A stretch of 64,000 nucleotides of DNA from assembly GCA_004022145.1 (NCBI GenBank), contig RCNU01000002.1; one strand, 5' to 3'. The DNA comes from Paecilomyces variotii. Lineage: Eukaryota. Below, piece after piece: positions 1-12,056 of the stretch; the first letter of the stretch is position 1, and each line of letters starts with the position of its first letter. A program made the translations under genes and the position numbers. The notes under the pieces are model-generated. The model did no database searches. It was given only the letters and a program-made list of their open reading frames with translations, and had not been told where the DNA came from.

Positions 1-1643
1 AGCACAAGAACTGGATTTACGAGTGGTGGAACGATGCCGCCTACCTGGCCTACCGCGACCCCGTGGTCCCCTACGTCTCCTACTTCTACTCATACCGCGA
101 TGACCGGTTGCGCCGTAACCCGGCCAAGCGGGCTGCGGCCATCACCACGGCGGCGCTGGACTTCAAGCGCCAGGTCGATGATGGCTCGCTCGAGCCCGAG
201 TACATGCGCGGCCAGCCCATGGCCATGAGCTCGTACGAGTACATGTTCAACTGCAGCCGCATTCCCGCAGAGCCCGCCGACTACCCCAAGAAGTACTCGC
301 ACAAGGAGCACAACCACATCGTTGTGATCCGCAAGAACCAGTTCTTCAAGGTGCCCACCGTGGTCGACGGCCGCCAGCTGAACACCTCGGAGCTGCAGCA
401 GCAGTTCGAACGCATCTACCAGATTGCCGACCGCGCGCCCGGAGTGGGCGTGCTGACAGCTGCCAACCGCGATTTCTGGACGGCTGCTCGCAAGAGGCTG
501 ATCGAGGCCAACGCGGCCAACGAGCAGGCCCTGCAGGACATTGAGTCCTCGGGCTTCGTCGTCTGTCTGGATGACGCCACCCCCGTCACTCTGGAGGAGC
601 GCGCTCACCAGTACTGGCACGGTGACGGCAGCAACCGCTGGTTCGACAAGCCTCTGCAGTTCATTGTCAACGACAACGGCACCGCCGGTTTCATGGGTGA
701 GCACAGCATGATGGACGGCACGCCCACCCACCGCATCAACGACTACATCAACAATGTCATCTTCAACAACCGCCTCGACTTCAGCGACCCCTCCATCCGC
801 TCGAACCTCCCCGAACCCAAGCCCATCCGCTTCCACCTCACCAAGGAGTCCCTCGCGGACATTGACACCGCCGCCAAGGAGCACCACCAGCAGATCGCGG
901 CCCACGAGCTGCGCGTGCAGGCCTTCCAGGCGTACGGCAAGGGCCTAATCAAGAAGTTCAAGTGCAGCCCGGATGCATACGTGCAGATGCTCATCCAGCT
1001 GGCCTACTTCAAGATGTACGGCAAGAACCGCCCCACGTACGAGTCGGCCTCGACCCGTAAGTTCCAGCAGGGCCGTACGGAAACCACCCGCACGGTGTCG
1101 GACGAGAGCGTCGCCTTCTGCAAGGCGCACGCCGACCCTGAGGTGCCGCGGGAGGAGGTCGTCAAGCGCTTCCGTGCCGCGCTCGCTGCGCACACCAAGT
1201 ACACGCTGGACGCCAGCGACGGCCGTGGTGTGGACCGACACCTGTTTGGTCTGAAGAAGCTGCTCCGTGAGGGCGAAAAGCTGCCGGAGCTCTACCAGGA
1301 CCCGGCCTTTTCCTACAGCTCCTCGTGGTTTATTTCCAGCAGTCAGCTGAGCTCGGAGTACTTTAACGGCTACGGATGGAGTCAGGTCATTGACGATGGT
1401 TTCGGTATCGCATACATGATCAACGAGAACAGGTGAGTTTCTTTCAGTTTCGAATTCTCATGAGAAGTATCGGCTTAATTCTATTGTTCTCCCGTACTAA
1501 CTCCGCACAGTCTCCAATTCAACATTGTCTGCAAGCACCTTGGCGCCGAGCGCATGAGCTTCTACCTGAACGAAGCAGGCCTCGAGCTGCGCGATCTGCT
1601 CCTGCCCGACCTCGTGTCCCAGCCCGAGAAGGCGAAGTTGTAA
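1..1643 (+). CDS. acuJ: Carnitine O-acetyltransferase (AcuJ/Cat2 type), 5'-truncated; intron 1433-1510
   Basis: Choline/carnitine acyltransferase motifs NRWFDKPLQF, GEHSMMDG (catalytic His), TYESASTRKFQQGRTET, GRGVDRHLFGL. A GTGAGT...CAG intron gives a last exon ending ...QPEKAKL* (PTS1-type AKL). Confidence 0.93.
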
Positions 1644-2480
1644 GATATAAAATAGGGACCAGCGGGACGAGACAAGAGTCGAGTTTGGGGGTTCAAATGT
1701 TATGTGGAATATATATTGGGGGCTATTTCACCCCATTGAAGGTTTCAGCCGTTTTTGAAGTTCTTAGGTTTCTTTTGTGAGTGTGCTGTTTGATGCAAGG
1801 ACCTTGCTGTACAGATACAGATCTAGCGAGATATACCTCTTTGCATCTGGAGAAGATAGGCGAATGAAGAATTCAATTTACCAGTATTATAGATTATTAT
1901 CATGTCTTATCGATTTTATAGAGAGGGGGGAATAGTAGTAAGAGAGAAAGCATATCTGACTTCATTCCGTGCTAATCACGTGACCGTCATCGAACTATAT
2001 CCAACGACATGACACCAGCTCCTTCATATACAAATCGCAAAAGAACTTTCAAATTCTCTGCAAGACAAAATCAAACACAAATATTATATCAACATATAGT
2101 CAATTACCACATTATCAATCGAGACAAAAGAGAACAGGATACATTACATCCAAGTCACAGAATAGTAATAACTACGTCATTGTGCTCGCCACAGGGAATG
2201 ATGATTTCATCGTTTCTACTCGATACGGGCAGATGCAAATGCTTGTAGGGCTGGAAGTAGGGGATATGAGGTGAGGTGTATGGTAGGTATATATTGAGCG
2301 GTGGGAATTCCTAGCTGAGTTTTTGAATCCTTGAGTTGGAAAGTACTGATATTCCGTTTTGGTGTACGATACCATCTGGACTCTTGATTCTCTGGACGAT
2401 TTTTTGAACGGAAAGAAAGAGGAGATATATATCTACGAGGAACTACTCACTAGATACGAGAGATAATTTGCACCGACAAG

Positions 2481-3893
2481 ATGCCTACTGCAATCGTAAC
2501 GGGCGCGACTGGTTCGTTTTTTCCCTTTCCTTGCTATACATATATTGAAAATTGAGACTTCATTCAAAAACACTATTTATTTACATACTGACCCCCTCTC
2601 CAGGAATAAACGGCCGCGAAATCGTCCGCGCCCTCGCATCCAACCCCTCACAATGGACCACCGTCCACGCCATATCCCGAAATCAAAAAGAATCCTACCC
2701 ATCCACCATCAAGCACAACTCCATCGACCTCCTAGCACCCGCTTCCGAAATCGCCTCTCAGCTCTCCAGCGCCGGCGTCGAAGGCGAATACCTTTTCTTC
2801 ACAGCCTACTTGCAACGCGACGACGAGAAGGAAATGGACCGTGTGAACGGGGACATGTTGCAGAATTTCCTGGAAGCGTTGAGGATTTCGGGCGCTGAGA
2901 AGAGGTTGAAAAGAGTGGTGTTGACGACGGGGGCGAAGCATTATGGGGTGCATTTGGGACCGGTGAAAGTGCCGATGGAAGAGGAGGATCCGTGGGTGGA
3001 AGAGGGGGAGGGGAGGCCGGTGAATTTTTATTATAGACAGCAGAAGATATTGAAGGATGTTGCGGGGGGGAGGGGGTGGGATTGGGTGGTTACGTATCCT
3101 AATGATGTTATTGGGGTTGCGAAGGGTGAGTTTCTTTTTCTTTCTTGCTTTCCCTCCGGAATCTTTCATATATGGTTATTATGATGAAGAATCACTAATA
3201 TATGTTATTATTGTTTTGAATGCAGGAAACTTCATGAACCTCACCACCGCAATCGGTCTCTACGCCGCCGTGACCAAAGAACTCAACCAACCCTTCCTCT
3301 TCCCCGGCAACCCAGACTTCTACACCCGTTTCGACTGCTTCACCTACTCCCGCCTCCACGGCCAATTCAACCTCTGGGCCGCTCTCGAACCGCGCGCCTC
3401 CAACCAGAACTTCAACGTCGTCAACGGCGACGTCCAATCATGGCAAACCCTCTGGCCGCGTCTCGCCCATCGCTACGGCCTCTCCATTCCCCCAGACCAA
3501 TTCTCCCACCCCCTCCCACAGGGCTACGAAGAGAAAACCGTCCCCCTCTCCTCCAACCCACCATTGAACATCCAGGCCCCTGAAATGGGTATTCAGGGCC
3601 ACGTCCCGAACGGCGAGCTCCGCATGCGAATCGATCTCCTCTCCTGGTCTCAGAAACCAGAGGTGAAAGAGGCGTGGAACAGGCTCGCTGAGAAGAATAA
3701 GTTGCAGAAGGACGCGTTCGAGAAAGCCACTTGGTTCTTTACGAATTTTGTCCTAGGGAGGAATTATGATGTGGTGATTAGTATGAATAAGGCGAGGAAG
3801 TTGGGTTGGGTTGGGTCGGTGGATACGTGGGATGCGTTGAGTGAGGCGTTGGATGAGTTGGAGGAGGAGGGGATTTTGCCGAAGAGGAAGTAG
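2481..3893 (+). CDS. Atypical SDR / NAD-dependent epimerase of the PRISE (progesterone 5beta-reductase / iridoid synthase-like) family; introns 2512-2603, 3126-3225
   Basis: Spliced protein MPTAIVTGATG|INGREIV (GxxGxxG), LTTGAKHYG, NFYY, FNVVNGD and ISMNKARKLGW, motifs typical of PRISE-like SDRs. Canonical GT-AG introns. Confidence 0.85.
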
Positions 3894-4871
3894 GATGTTA
3901 ATTATTTACCTATGTACCTAACTTAGGTGGGTAAATTTGTTCTGGATGATGATGAAATGAATAGGTGAGATATGCATACCATACCTACATACATTGGATG
4001 TATATGCGAATCCTCAGGGGGGGCCAGGGGGAGGGAGATAATGATGATAAATTTAGGTAGTTAAAATAGTTCTTAATTACCTAGGTATATATTATTATAA
4101 TACCAATTCTTCTCGGAACAAGCTTTCCATTCTATTGTAGTTAGAAATTACGGACTAGGATTTTTGGATATAAACATATTCAGGATTCGAATCTTGTGGG
4201 TTTATATATATTTCAACTATATTATTCAACGGATATACTACACAATTTTAGATTCGCTATATAGTTAGTTTCTTAATTCAACTTGGATGGTCTTTTTTTA
4301 AGATTCTCCTCAGTCGTGACTAGATGACTAACTAGGTCTGTCGTCAAATTAGAGGGCATATTTATACCGATTATGATATTTTTTAGTCTTGAAAATAATA
4401 GGGTTTTCGAGTTGTTATCAGATAGTAGAGGGGGGGGGGACGTGCAAACTACTCCTTGTAACGAGGGCCAATCAACTACTATATACTATTCTCTACTATA
4501 GACGAATCTGCGACTGTATTTGAATCTTCAAAAGACCTTCTTATCACAATTCATTGTTCTTATCAATGCTTCTAATAATTTGATATCCAGTACATCATAC
4601 ATGAAGTAGAGATCGACATGGCCTGCTAATATTCGCAGGTAGAACGAATCGCAACGTAAGAATGCGTTATGTGGATATTATGCCTGGAGGGCAGGCTGAT
4701 TAGTACCTCAGAGATGACTATCCCAGAGATGACCGGAGTGGAGTGATGCTGTTTCCACCTACATTGCCCGAAGGCGGAGAAACGGCGTCCTGAGCTGAGT
4801 AGATGTTGTCCTGGCTATACCCAATTGACCTCTATTCTCTGTCACAAGATTCTTCAAAACCCAATAGCCAC

Positions 4872-5940
4872 TCAGGTCTTGTTCTCATCGCTGGCAACGT
4901 CCGCCGAAGCAGCTTGGTCCGTGCCTTCAAAAGACGACGTCGCAGTCGCCAGATTAGATGTAGGTGGGTGAGGACGGGACGAATTAGCTGTCAATTCGCT
5001 GATTTGTCGTTCTACAATCTGTCAGTTGAAGACCTTAGTCTACCACTACGATGGATGCTCACCTAATTCTCGGATCCGCTGGCGCAGAAGCTGGTTCTCT
5101 CGCGTTAAATTGGCTGCCTCGGCCTGATAGAATGTGGTTTCGTCTCTGCTGCTACTGCGAGTTCGGGTCTCTCCCAGACCAGGCAGTTCAGAACCGTCAT
5201 GGCTGCGTATAGGCTCGATAACTGATCCTTGTGAGGCGGAAGCAATTGGACCGAGACGCGGCGAAGCTCCTTGACTAGATCGCGACCCACGACGGACTGA
5301 CAGCGACGAGGCAAGCGAGGTCCGCCCACCAGACGCAGGGACCGGAGGAACGGTAGGAAGAGACACTGAGCGTTCGGAATTGGGTGTTGAATCATCAATG
5401 ACCGCCGTTCCCGTGTTGGAAGACTGCTGCTGTTGTAATTGCTGCAACTGCAACTGCTGGCTACGGATCATCTGCAGAAGTCGGTTCTATGCGCGCATCA
5501 AGGCATCAGCATCCTGAATGTGATTGAAATGCAGGAATGAGCCTTGGTGAACCCAAGTCAATACGTACCACCTGCGCCTCTTGTTCCTGCTCCAATTCCT
5601 GATGTAACTCTCCCAATGACGGTGTCCGCTGATGATGAGGATCTGCGGTCGGAATGGTGGAACTGCCACCTAGACTCGTCGGGCTTGCTGTTCTGAATGC
5701 ATATCCCATCGATGAGCGGTGACTACCACCCTGTAGCTCCCCCGGACCAGGCGTACTTGGGTCTTCTAGATTGAGGACTGCGGAACGGCGTCGTTCGGAA
5801 AACGACGGTCTCGAGGACCGGGCAGAGCTGCGCGAGGGTTGACGAGAGAGACTGGCCGCATTCGCGCTGGCAGTCGCTGCCAGAGATGTGGCAGACGACC
5901 TGGGCGACGGCGACTGGACAGGAACGTCTGCGACTGGCAT
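4872..5940 (-). CDS. Ser-rich hypothetical protein with short coiled coils; introns 5568-5487, 5062-5012
   Basis: ORFs 5506-5985 and 5046-5471 join via GTACGT...TAG (HQRTPSLGELHQELEQEQEAQV|NRLLQMIR). A second intron GTGAGC...CTGAC...TAG leads to a last exon ending DENKT*. Confidence 0.75.
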
Positions 5941-6425
5941 CTTGCGGACGGAGCTGCAGTCGAGAGAAGGCTGTAGGAGTTTCAAGAGGAGCTCCTAGCT
6001 GTTTTGCTATCTCAACTGCGGCGTCAACGAGTTTGCCGATGCGATCTATTGGCAAAATAGCGGGGAGTGGTGTGAGCTCATACACCAACAATCGCCACGG
6101 AGATTCGCAGTGCTCTGGGTACTCTGTTGTCTCAATTAGGGCCGATTACTTGACGTAGGATCGCAGTAAATGTTGTCTGGATAGCCTGGAAGTCACGAAA
6201 CAGAGAAGACAAGGCTCGATCAATGGCTGGAATGGCTATCCAAGTCTCCAATGAAGCCGCAACCGAAGCTCTCCACCGCGGGGGAAGCTTGGCGTCATCG
6301 GAGCGGGCAGGAAACGTCCCGTGACATCACGTGTGGCGCCCGGATGAAGAAACGAGAAAGCGAACCATGGATGCCTTCCTGTCTCTTCGTCGATCTTCCG
6401 CGCGGTGGTCATTCTCTCTACCATA

Positions 6426-6503
6426 GATACTCTATGATACTCTATGATACTCTACGATACTCTATACTCTATACTCCGTACTCGACTCGACTCGACTCGA
6501 CTC
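6426..6503. repeat. Compound mini/microsatellite: (GATACTCTAY)x4 degrading into (ACTCG)n
   Basis: Directly visible tandem units. Confidence 0.85.
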
Positions 6504-9443
6504 TAAGCGAGAAACAGAGTGGAACCAAACTCTGCAGGCGACATGGCCAGTTCTGGACCGTCTCCTTTCCCCTCGTCGCCTCGCCTATTATTAATGTCAT
6601 ATTATGGCACCCTGTGGTCATGGATCCAGGTGCAAAGGGAATAGACGCACTAGGAGAGACTCCCGTCTGGGCCCGGCAATGTGAATGTCACAGGGCAAAG
6701 GCATCAAAAGTCGAAACGTCTGCGACAATGACAGCCTTGTTTGTTCCAACTAGTCTACTTGAACTTCCTTTACTGCAAAAGTCTCCTGGATAGCTCTCAT
6801 GAGAAGAGGCGGATCTTCGCCATGGCGTCTGAGACGACGGCATCCGGCATATATCATTGCTATTATAGCTGACCAGAATGTGTCCCAAGCTTATCGCTGT
6901 TTTAGGGCGGTTGTTGACATGCAGCAAATTCTCCGACATCCACATCTAAATACCGCAGATTGGCCTATGCTGCTGTAGGGATGCTCTAAAGGCGTAAAGA
7001 TGATGGTCAAATCTAATATCGTGCGATGCTATCGCAGAGTATTCCCATATGAAACGGTTCGCCCCGAGCTTGGATCTCTTACGGCACACGTCGAACTCCA
7101 ATCGTGACAGGGATCCGTTGTCGAGATCGAACCTTTTTCGGGGATTATTATTATTATGGGTAAGGATGATCTACGAATACGGACTTCAAGGCGATTGTTC
7201 GGGCGTTTGGGACTCGAAAGCTCTTGCATCGTATACTCGAAGCTCTGCTGCGCAGCTGTTTAGTTACTCCGCACGCGGCTTTCTTCAGCAGGGACGGTAC
7301 CGAATATATTGCCGACAGCTGTGTATCTACATTCTACCGCCCCTAACGCCTAATACGTACGCCTATGGTACCAGTATGGGGGATCGGTGCAGATCTTGAT
7401 CAACCACGCCGCGGTAAGTCCCGCAAGCGGTTGAGAGCGCCTCCGGATAACCTCTCCGGTGTAATGGAAGGCAAGCCAACTCAGAGCGGATTTGCGAGCC
7501 TGATCCGAACTGCACGCGAGCTATCTGAGTATCTGAGCGCCTGGTATAAAATAAGCAACAGAAATCCGTGAATAGGGACACTAAGAGCGCTTGGAAGGGG
7601 AACCTATGGCTTTACCATACCGAGTATGACTACGGAGTATACGCTAAGGGAATGGTCAGTCCACGCGATCAGCGCGACAAGCGGATTCGCTAGACCAGAT
7701 ATACCCCATCGTCGCCGCTGAAATTTTAGCCAGGGGCCTCACCCCACAAGGGCCGTCACCATCGACGAGTTCCCTGGAAGGGGCGCTCATGGACCAAGGC
7801 ATCTCGCGATGATAGCGCTGGCTCGATTGTTATAGTGTCAGGGTCGGTACTATAACATTGTGAATAGTCGATATAGTGACTTCGCATCATGGGATTGGCG
7901 CCGAGCCCTTGCATGAAGAAGAAACAACAGAGATTTTCATTATTATTGAGCACTATCTATCTATGCAGTAGATAGTATTACTGTCGCGATGTCTTCGGTG
8001 GAGTGATTCCCACTGGGGCGAAGAAAGCGTCAACACGGACCCCGTGACCTTGTAGGGAACAACAACAACCTCCTCCACCTGTGACAACATCCCAAAGCTA
8101 TTATTATTATTTGTGAGAAACATCAATGTCCGCACCATACAGTACCTCTCAATCGGCCACCGTCAAGCATCCCGTTTTGCAGGCTTGTCGAAGTGCACGC
8201 GACATTATTTGCAGCGGCCTGCTACCCATGGCTCTGGCTATGCTAGACCAGCCATGTCTCATAGCGCCTGTGCAGTCTCCATCTCTCTCAGTTTTTGGGC
8301 TCGAACACCATCAATCGATCCACTTTTTCACAGCCCAATATTTACTACTGCCTCCAGGAGTCCAGCGATCTGGCTCAGCTTGGCCCCCTGAGCCATGAGG
8401 CGTGGTTTGCGGCACGGCACCCCATGGGTTCGGTACGGTTGTCTGTCAACTCCCTAGTTCAACTCAATCACCTCATGAGCTAACCTACTACACTAACGAT
8501 CTGCATCGAAGCTGTGCAAGAAACAAACTCTACTCTGGAGCAGAGAGGACCATTTTTCCGGGCAACGGTTAACGTGCTCCGTACTAGCATCACCCATGGT
8601 GTATGCGGTCTCGGCCGTACTCCTGGATCTGCTTATTCCCCCACGAGTCCGGGAGGAGACTTGTTCAAGAAAGGTTTCATATCCGGTCATACGGGGCTGG
8701 AAGAAGAAACTCCGCTACGATCGCCTTTTCCTGGGGCCCAAGGTGAAGACCCAACAGGCGTTGCATTAGACAGTTGGCCCATGTCATCGATATTGGCCTG
8801 GTCCCTGTTCTCCTGGATGCTTTGCGGCGCAATGATTGATCCACGATGCCGGCCGTGCGTCAGTTTTGGTACCTGCAGCACCAGCGCCACTCCGTTCCTC
8901 AGCTGCCCTTAACGGTAACTTTGTATTCGCGCGGCCCCAATCTCTTTTTGAGTTCTGCTACCGTCTCCAGGGCCCAGCTGAGTCTGGATTAAAAGAAAGA
9001 CATTTCGTATGCCGCAGTTGCTGGTTCCTAGATTCTCATTCCTTCATACCTCTTTCTTTTTGCTTCCCTAATATGCATGTCATTGGCCATCTCTCGAATC
9101 AATTTGTTTCCCGATACTGTCTTTAACTGTGTCATTCCTTTAGTCACTTGTCTCAACACTGATCTACACTTGAATGCGTTTGCGCAGCTTGTTCATTTTG
9201 CAGTTGCCTGACATCACGTTCCTTCCGAAACAATCTTTCATCATTAGTATCTATCGAAAACGAGTTGCTCAATCTTGCAACATTGAAGCAGTTACTGTGA
9301 TTGGGAAGGCCAACAGCTGTTGAATTCTACGCAAGACATAAGAGAAGAATTGTCTATATAGTAAGGCCAGAGTCATCGCTGCGATGTTTACTGGGGTACC
9401 CGCCCCGTACTAGAGCATCTCGTATCTCTAGGAATTCAACAAG

Positions 9444-12056
9444 ATGGGCTCACCTACCTCTGACTCGATGACTGCACGACGAGGATGTCGGTTGGCACCT
9501 ATCCAGACAAACTTCAGCAGACGGGATGCTTCGCCTGCCACGCAGGAACAGCGGAACCATCGCCCACGACCCCAGGATTACGACCAAAAGCCTGGCGAAA
9601 AAGTCCCCTTGCAACCCAAAGCCGCCAAGCGTCAGTCTTCCATGACCAGTCTGCGCAATATCTTCAGTCGGAGGAAGTCACTACGCAAAACACACGGCGA
9701 CGGCCCATTAGCCGTGATAGATGAGAATCAAATAGCGGCAACGCAGAATAAATGCCCTGTGCCACCATCCCCTCTGAGTGCTTCTACTCCCAAGCTCGCC
9801 TCTAGTTCGCCTGCACCTCAAGAACCGAGAACGCCTTCCAGGCTGGAAAAGGCAATGTCGTCTGCCACTGCTTGGGTCCCTCCACCTCTGTTTCAAGCAT
9901 ATCCACAGGCAGTCAAGCATGCTGTTCTCATGACGCCATGTCTCTCCGCAGATTCGATTCTGCGCATCAGTACGTCAAGGAGAAGTAGCAGTGCCACGGA
10001 CGATACCTATCGCACTTTGCACCAAAGCAACCAACTGGCAGATGGCGACACATCTCAAAGGAAGAAAGAAGACAAGGACAGGAAGCACTCCAGGAAGGTA
10101 TCCGGATCTATTAGTAAAACAGAATGGAGAAAAAAGATTTATATTCTTGTGACATCGGGTTATATCCTGCAGTATTCTGGGGAAGGGAACTTCGACCGAC
10201 TGCCGGAAAAGATGATGCGGCTAGGCCCGAAGTCAGTCGCTTTTGCAAGTGATGCCATACCGGGCAGACACTGGGTCTTGCAGATCTCGCAGAGCTCGGA
10301 CGACAGTGGTACTGTTGTCCTGGATGACCATGGACCGAGAACTCTGCTCTCGCGATTTGGGCTGCATGGCACCGAAGCACGAAAATCAACTCGGAGCTTT
10401 CTGCTGGTTCACAATTCTCCCGAGGAAATGAATTCTTGGATTGTTACCTTGAGAAAAGAGATCGAGTCTCTTGGGGGAAGGAAATACGTTGCGGAATCCC
10501 CGGTGGATGATCCGGCATCACACCAGCTACAGAGCAAACCGAGTTTCCGATACTCGATCAGGAGGGATCCATACCGGTTTCCAAGCCCTTTCTTAGAGCT
10601 CTCGCCCTCACCTGATCATTCGATCCGCAAAAAGAACTCGAGCCCAGACATGACTGCCCATACAGATACGAAGTCGATCAAGTCAATGAACCGCCGATCA
10701 ATGCCCCCGAGACCTTCTACGGATGCGCCATCTTTCTCGACGGCGAATACTGTAACGGAACTGGATCAACTTAGGGAGAATCCCCGACTGTCTTATGTAT
10801 CTGGCGGAGTTCAAACGTATCCGAGTTCTGCATGTTCATCGCCTCCTGCGTCCCCTACGCACCCGGACACTATGATTCCTATATTCTCTCAGGTGAACTA
10901 TTCCACCACAGCACAGCAGACCCGGGCATCGGCAGCTGTTACTCCAAAAGACAAGAGACGGTCTATGAATGCCTGTTCTCCACAGCTAGAGACTATAAGC
11001 AGAGAGCCGTCCAAGTCATCTATCCGGTCCGCTGCACCAGTGCTAAACGGGAGTAGCACTTCCGTTACAGCCCCTAATTTCAGCATACCCTTCTCTAGGA
11101 AGCCTGCTAGGGCAGCCGTTGCATCAGCGACTGTCCTCCCTCCGTTGGACACGAGAAATAAGATCTATCCAGAGCCTCTTTCGCCTGGTTCTGGGGATGG
11201 ATTCCCTGTTACTCCCTTTCGTGGTCCCCCTGAACCATCTACGCCCCTGACGCGGAAGAACTCTCAGGCTAGAAGTATGACGCCTCCGAAACCATTGGCT
11301 TATGGTCACGATACGCCTGGAAGTGTCTCCTCCACTCCTCATGTCTCGCCAAAGTCCTCGGCTCCGAATAGGCGACGGGAGAATTCACGCGTGAGAGAGC
11401 TCTCAATTCTCTCGGCTGCCTTTGACCCCCAAGTACCGGCTTCACGTACTTTAAGTACTCCAGCGAATCCTATGGGAACAGATATCGGAGCCAGTGCAAA
11501 ACGAACGGTTCAACTGCAACAAGCGACACTTCAGACGGATCGTACTATAGTTGGACCATCTCCATCAGCTATACAACCTCAGGTTGGTTACCGCATAGGT
11601 ACACAAGTCCAAAATGGTACAACATCGCTACCGCAGGGCATCTCGCAGCCTGTGAACGGGAGAACTCGTCGAGGCTCATCGAGCACAAGAGCCCAGCAGC
11701 AATATCAACCAAATAAGGTTCCAATCTCGAATTCGGCTATGATCGGTGCTGCAGCTCGTCCTCAGACGGTGGGACGTCTCACTCCAAGGAAGAGCCTACC
11801 TGATTTGTCACTCGGGCCTCCGTCGGCTCCTCCTCCTAACTGTCCATTACCAGCAGTTCCTCCTACTGCTGGTTCCAATTTCCAGCCTGCACGGCGAGGC
11901 GATCTGCTCTCGCGAAAGCCTTCTACAGGTTCATCACGCAAGAACTTTGGTTCAAACCTGCGCTCAGATACATCTAAAGTGCAGCCAGATCACGTCGGTG
12001 CACATGCAAGAACACAACCAGAGCATAGAAAGTCGAGTTTGGTCAATGCTTATTGA
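9444..12056 (+). CDS. PH-domain-containing Ser/Pro-rich protein (870 aa, single exon); possible 5'UTR intron 9361-9431
   Basis: Long ORF. The segment EWRKKIYILVTSGYILQY...SPEEMNSWIVTLRKEI has the PH-domain pattern, with Trp in the C-terminal helix. The rest is low-complexity. Confidence 0.75.
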   Translation: MGSPTSDSMTARRGCRLAPIQTNFSRRDASPATQEQRNHRPRPQDYDQKPGEKVPLQPKAAKRQSSMTSLRNIFSRRKSLRKTHGDGPLAVIDENQIAATQNKCPVPPSPLSASTPKLASSSPAPQEPRTPSRLEKAMSSATAWVPPPLFQAYPQAVKHAVLMTPCLSADSILRISTSRRSSSATDDTYRTLHQSNQLADGDTSQRKKEDKDRKHSRKVSGSISKTEWRKKIYILVTSGYILQYSGEGNFDRLPEKMMRLGPKSVAFASDAIPGRHWVLQISQSSDDSGTVVLDDHGPRTLLSRFGLHGTEARKSTRSFLLVHNSPEEMNSWIVTLRKEIESLGGRKYVAESPVDDPASHQLQSKPSFRYSIRRDPYRFPSPFLELSPSPDHSIRKKNSSPDMTAHTDTKSIKSMNRRSMPPRPSTDAPSFSTANTVTELDQLRENPRLSYVSGGVQTYPSSACSSPPASPTHPDTMIPIFSQVNYSTTAQQTRASAAVTPKDKRRSMNACSPQLETISREPSKSSIRSAAPVLNGSSTSVTAPNFSIPFSRKPARAAVASATVLPPLDTRNKIYPEPLSPGSGDGFPVTPFRGPPEPSTPLTRKNSQARSMTPPKPLAYGHDTPGSVSSTPHVSPKSSAPNRRRENSRVRELSILSAAFDPQVPASRTLSTPANPMGTDIGASAKRTVQLQQATLQTDRTIVGPSPSAIQPQVGYRIGTQVQNGTTSLPQGISQPVNGRTRRGSSSTRAQQQYQPNKVPISNSAMIGAAARPQTVGRLTPRKSLPDLSLGPPSAPPPNCPLPAVPPTAGSNFQPARRGDLLSRKPSTGSSRKNFGSNLRSDTSKVQPDHVGAHARTQPEHRKSSLVNAY

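Noticed and set aside
90..905. Long antisense ORFs (also 27471-28061, 31407-32069, 35093-35884, 41825-42526, 61217-61867)
   Set aside because: Shadow frames of well-supported GC3-biased genes on the opposite strand, with no recognisable motifs.
3894..4700. AT-rich stretch as a transposon relic
   Set aside because: No TIR/LTR pair, target-site duplication or transposase remnant visible.
6426..6503. Tandem repeat as a CRISPR-like array
   Set aside because: Short contiguous units with no spacers, in a eukaryotic context.
6251..9126. Short ORFs in the long intergenic region (6251-6793, 7049-7399, 8514-8912)
   Set aside because: No domain motifs, no codon bias like the neighbouring genes and no convincing splice partners.
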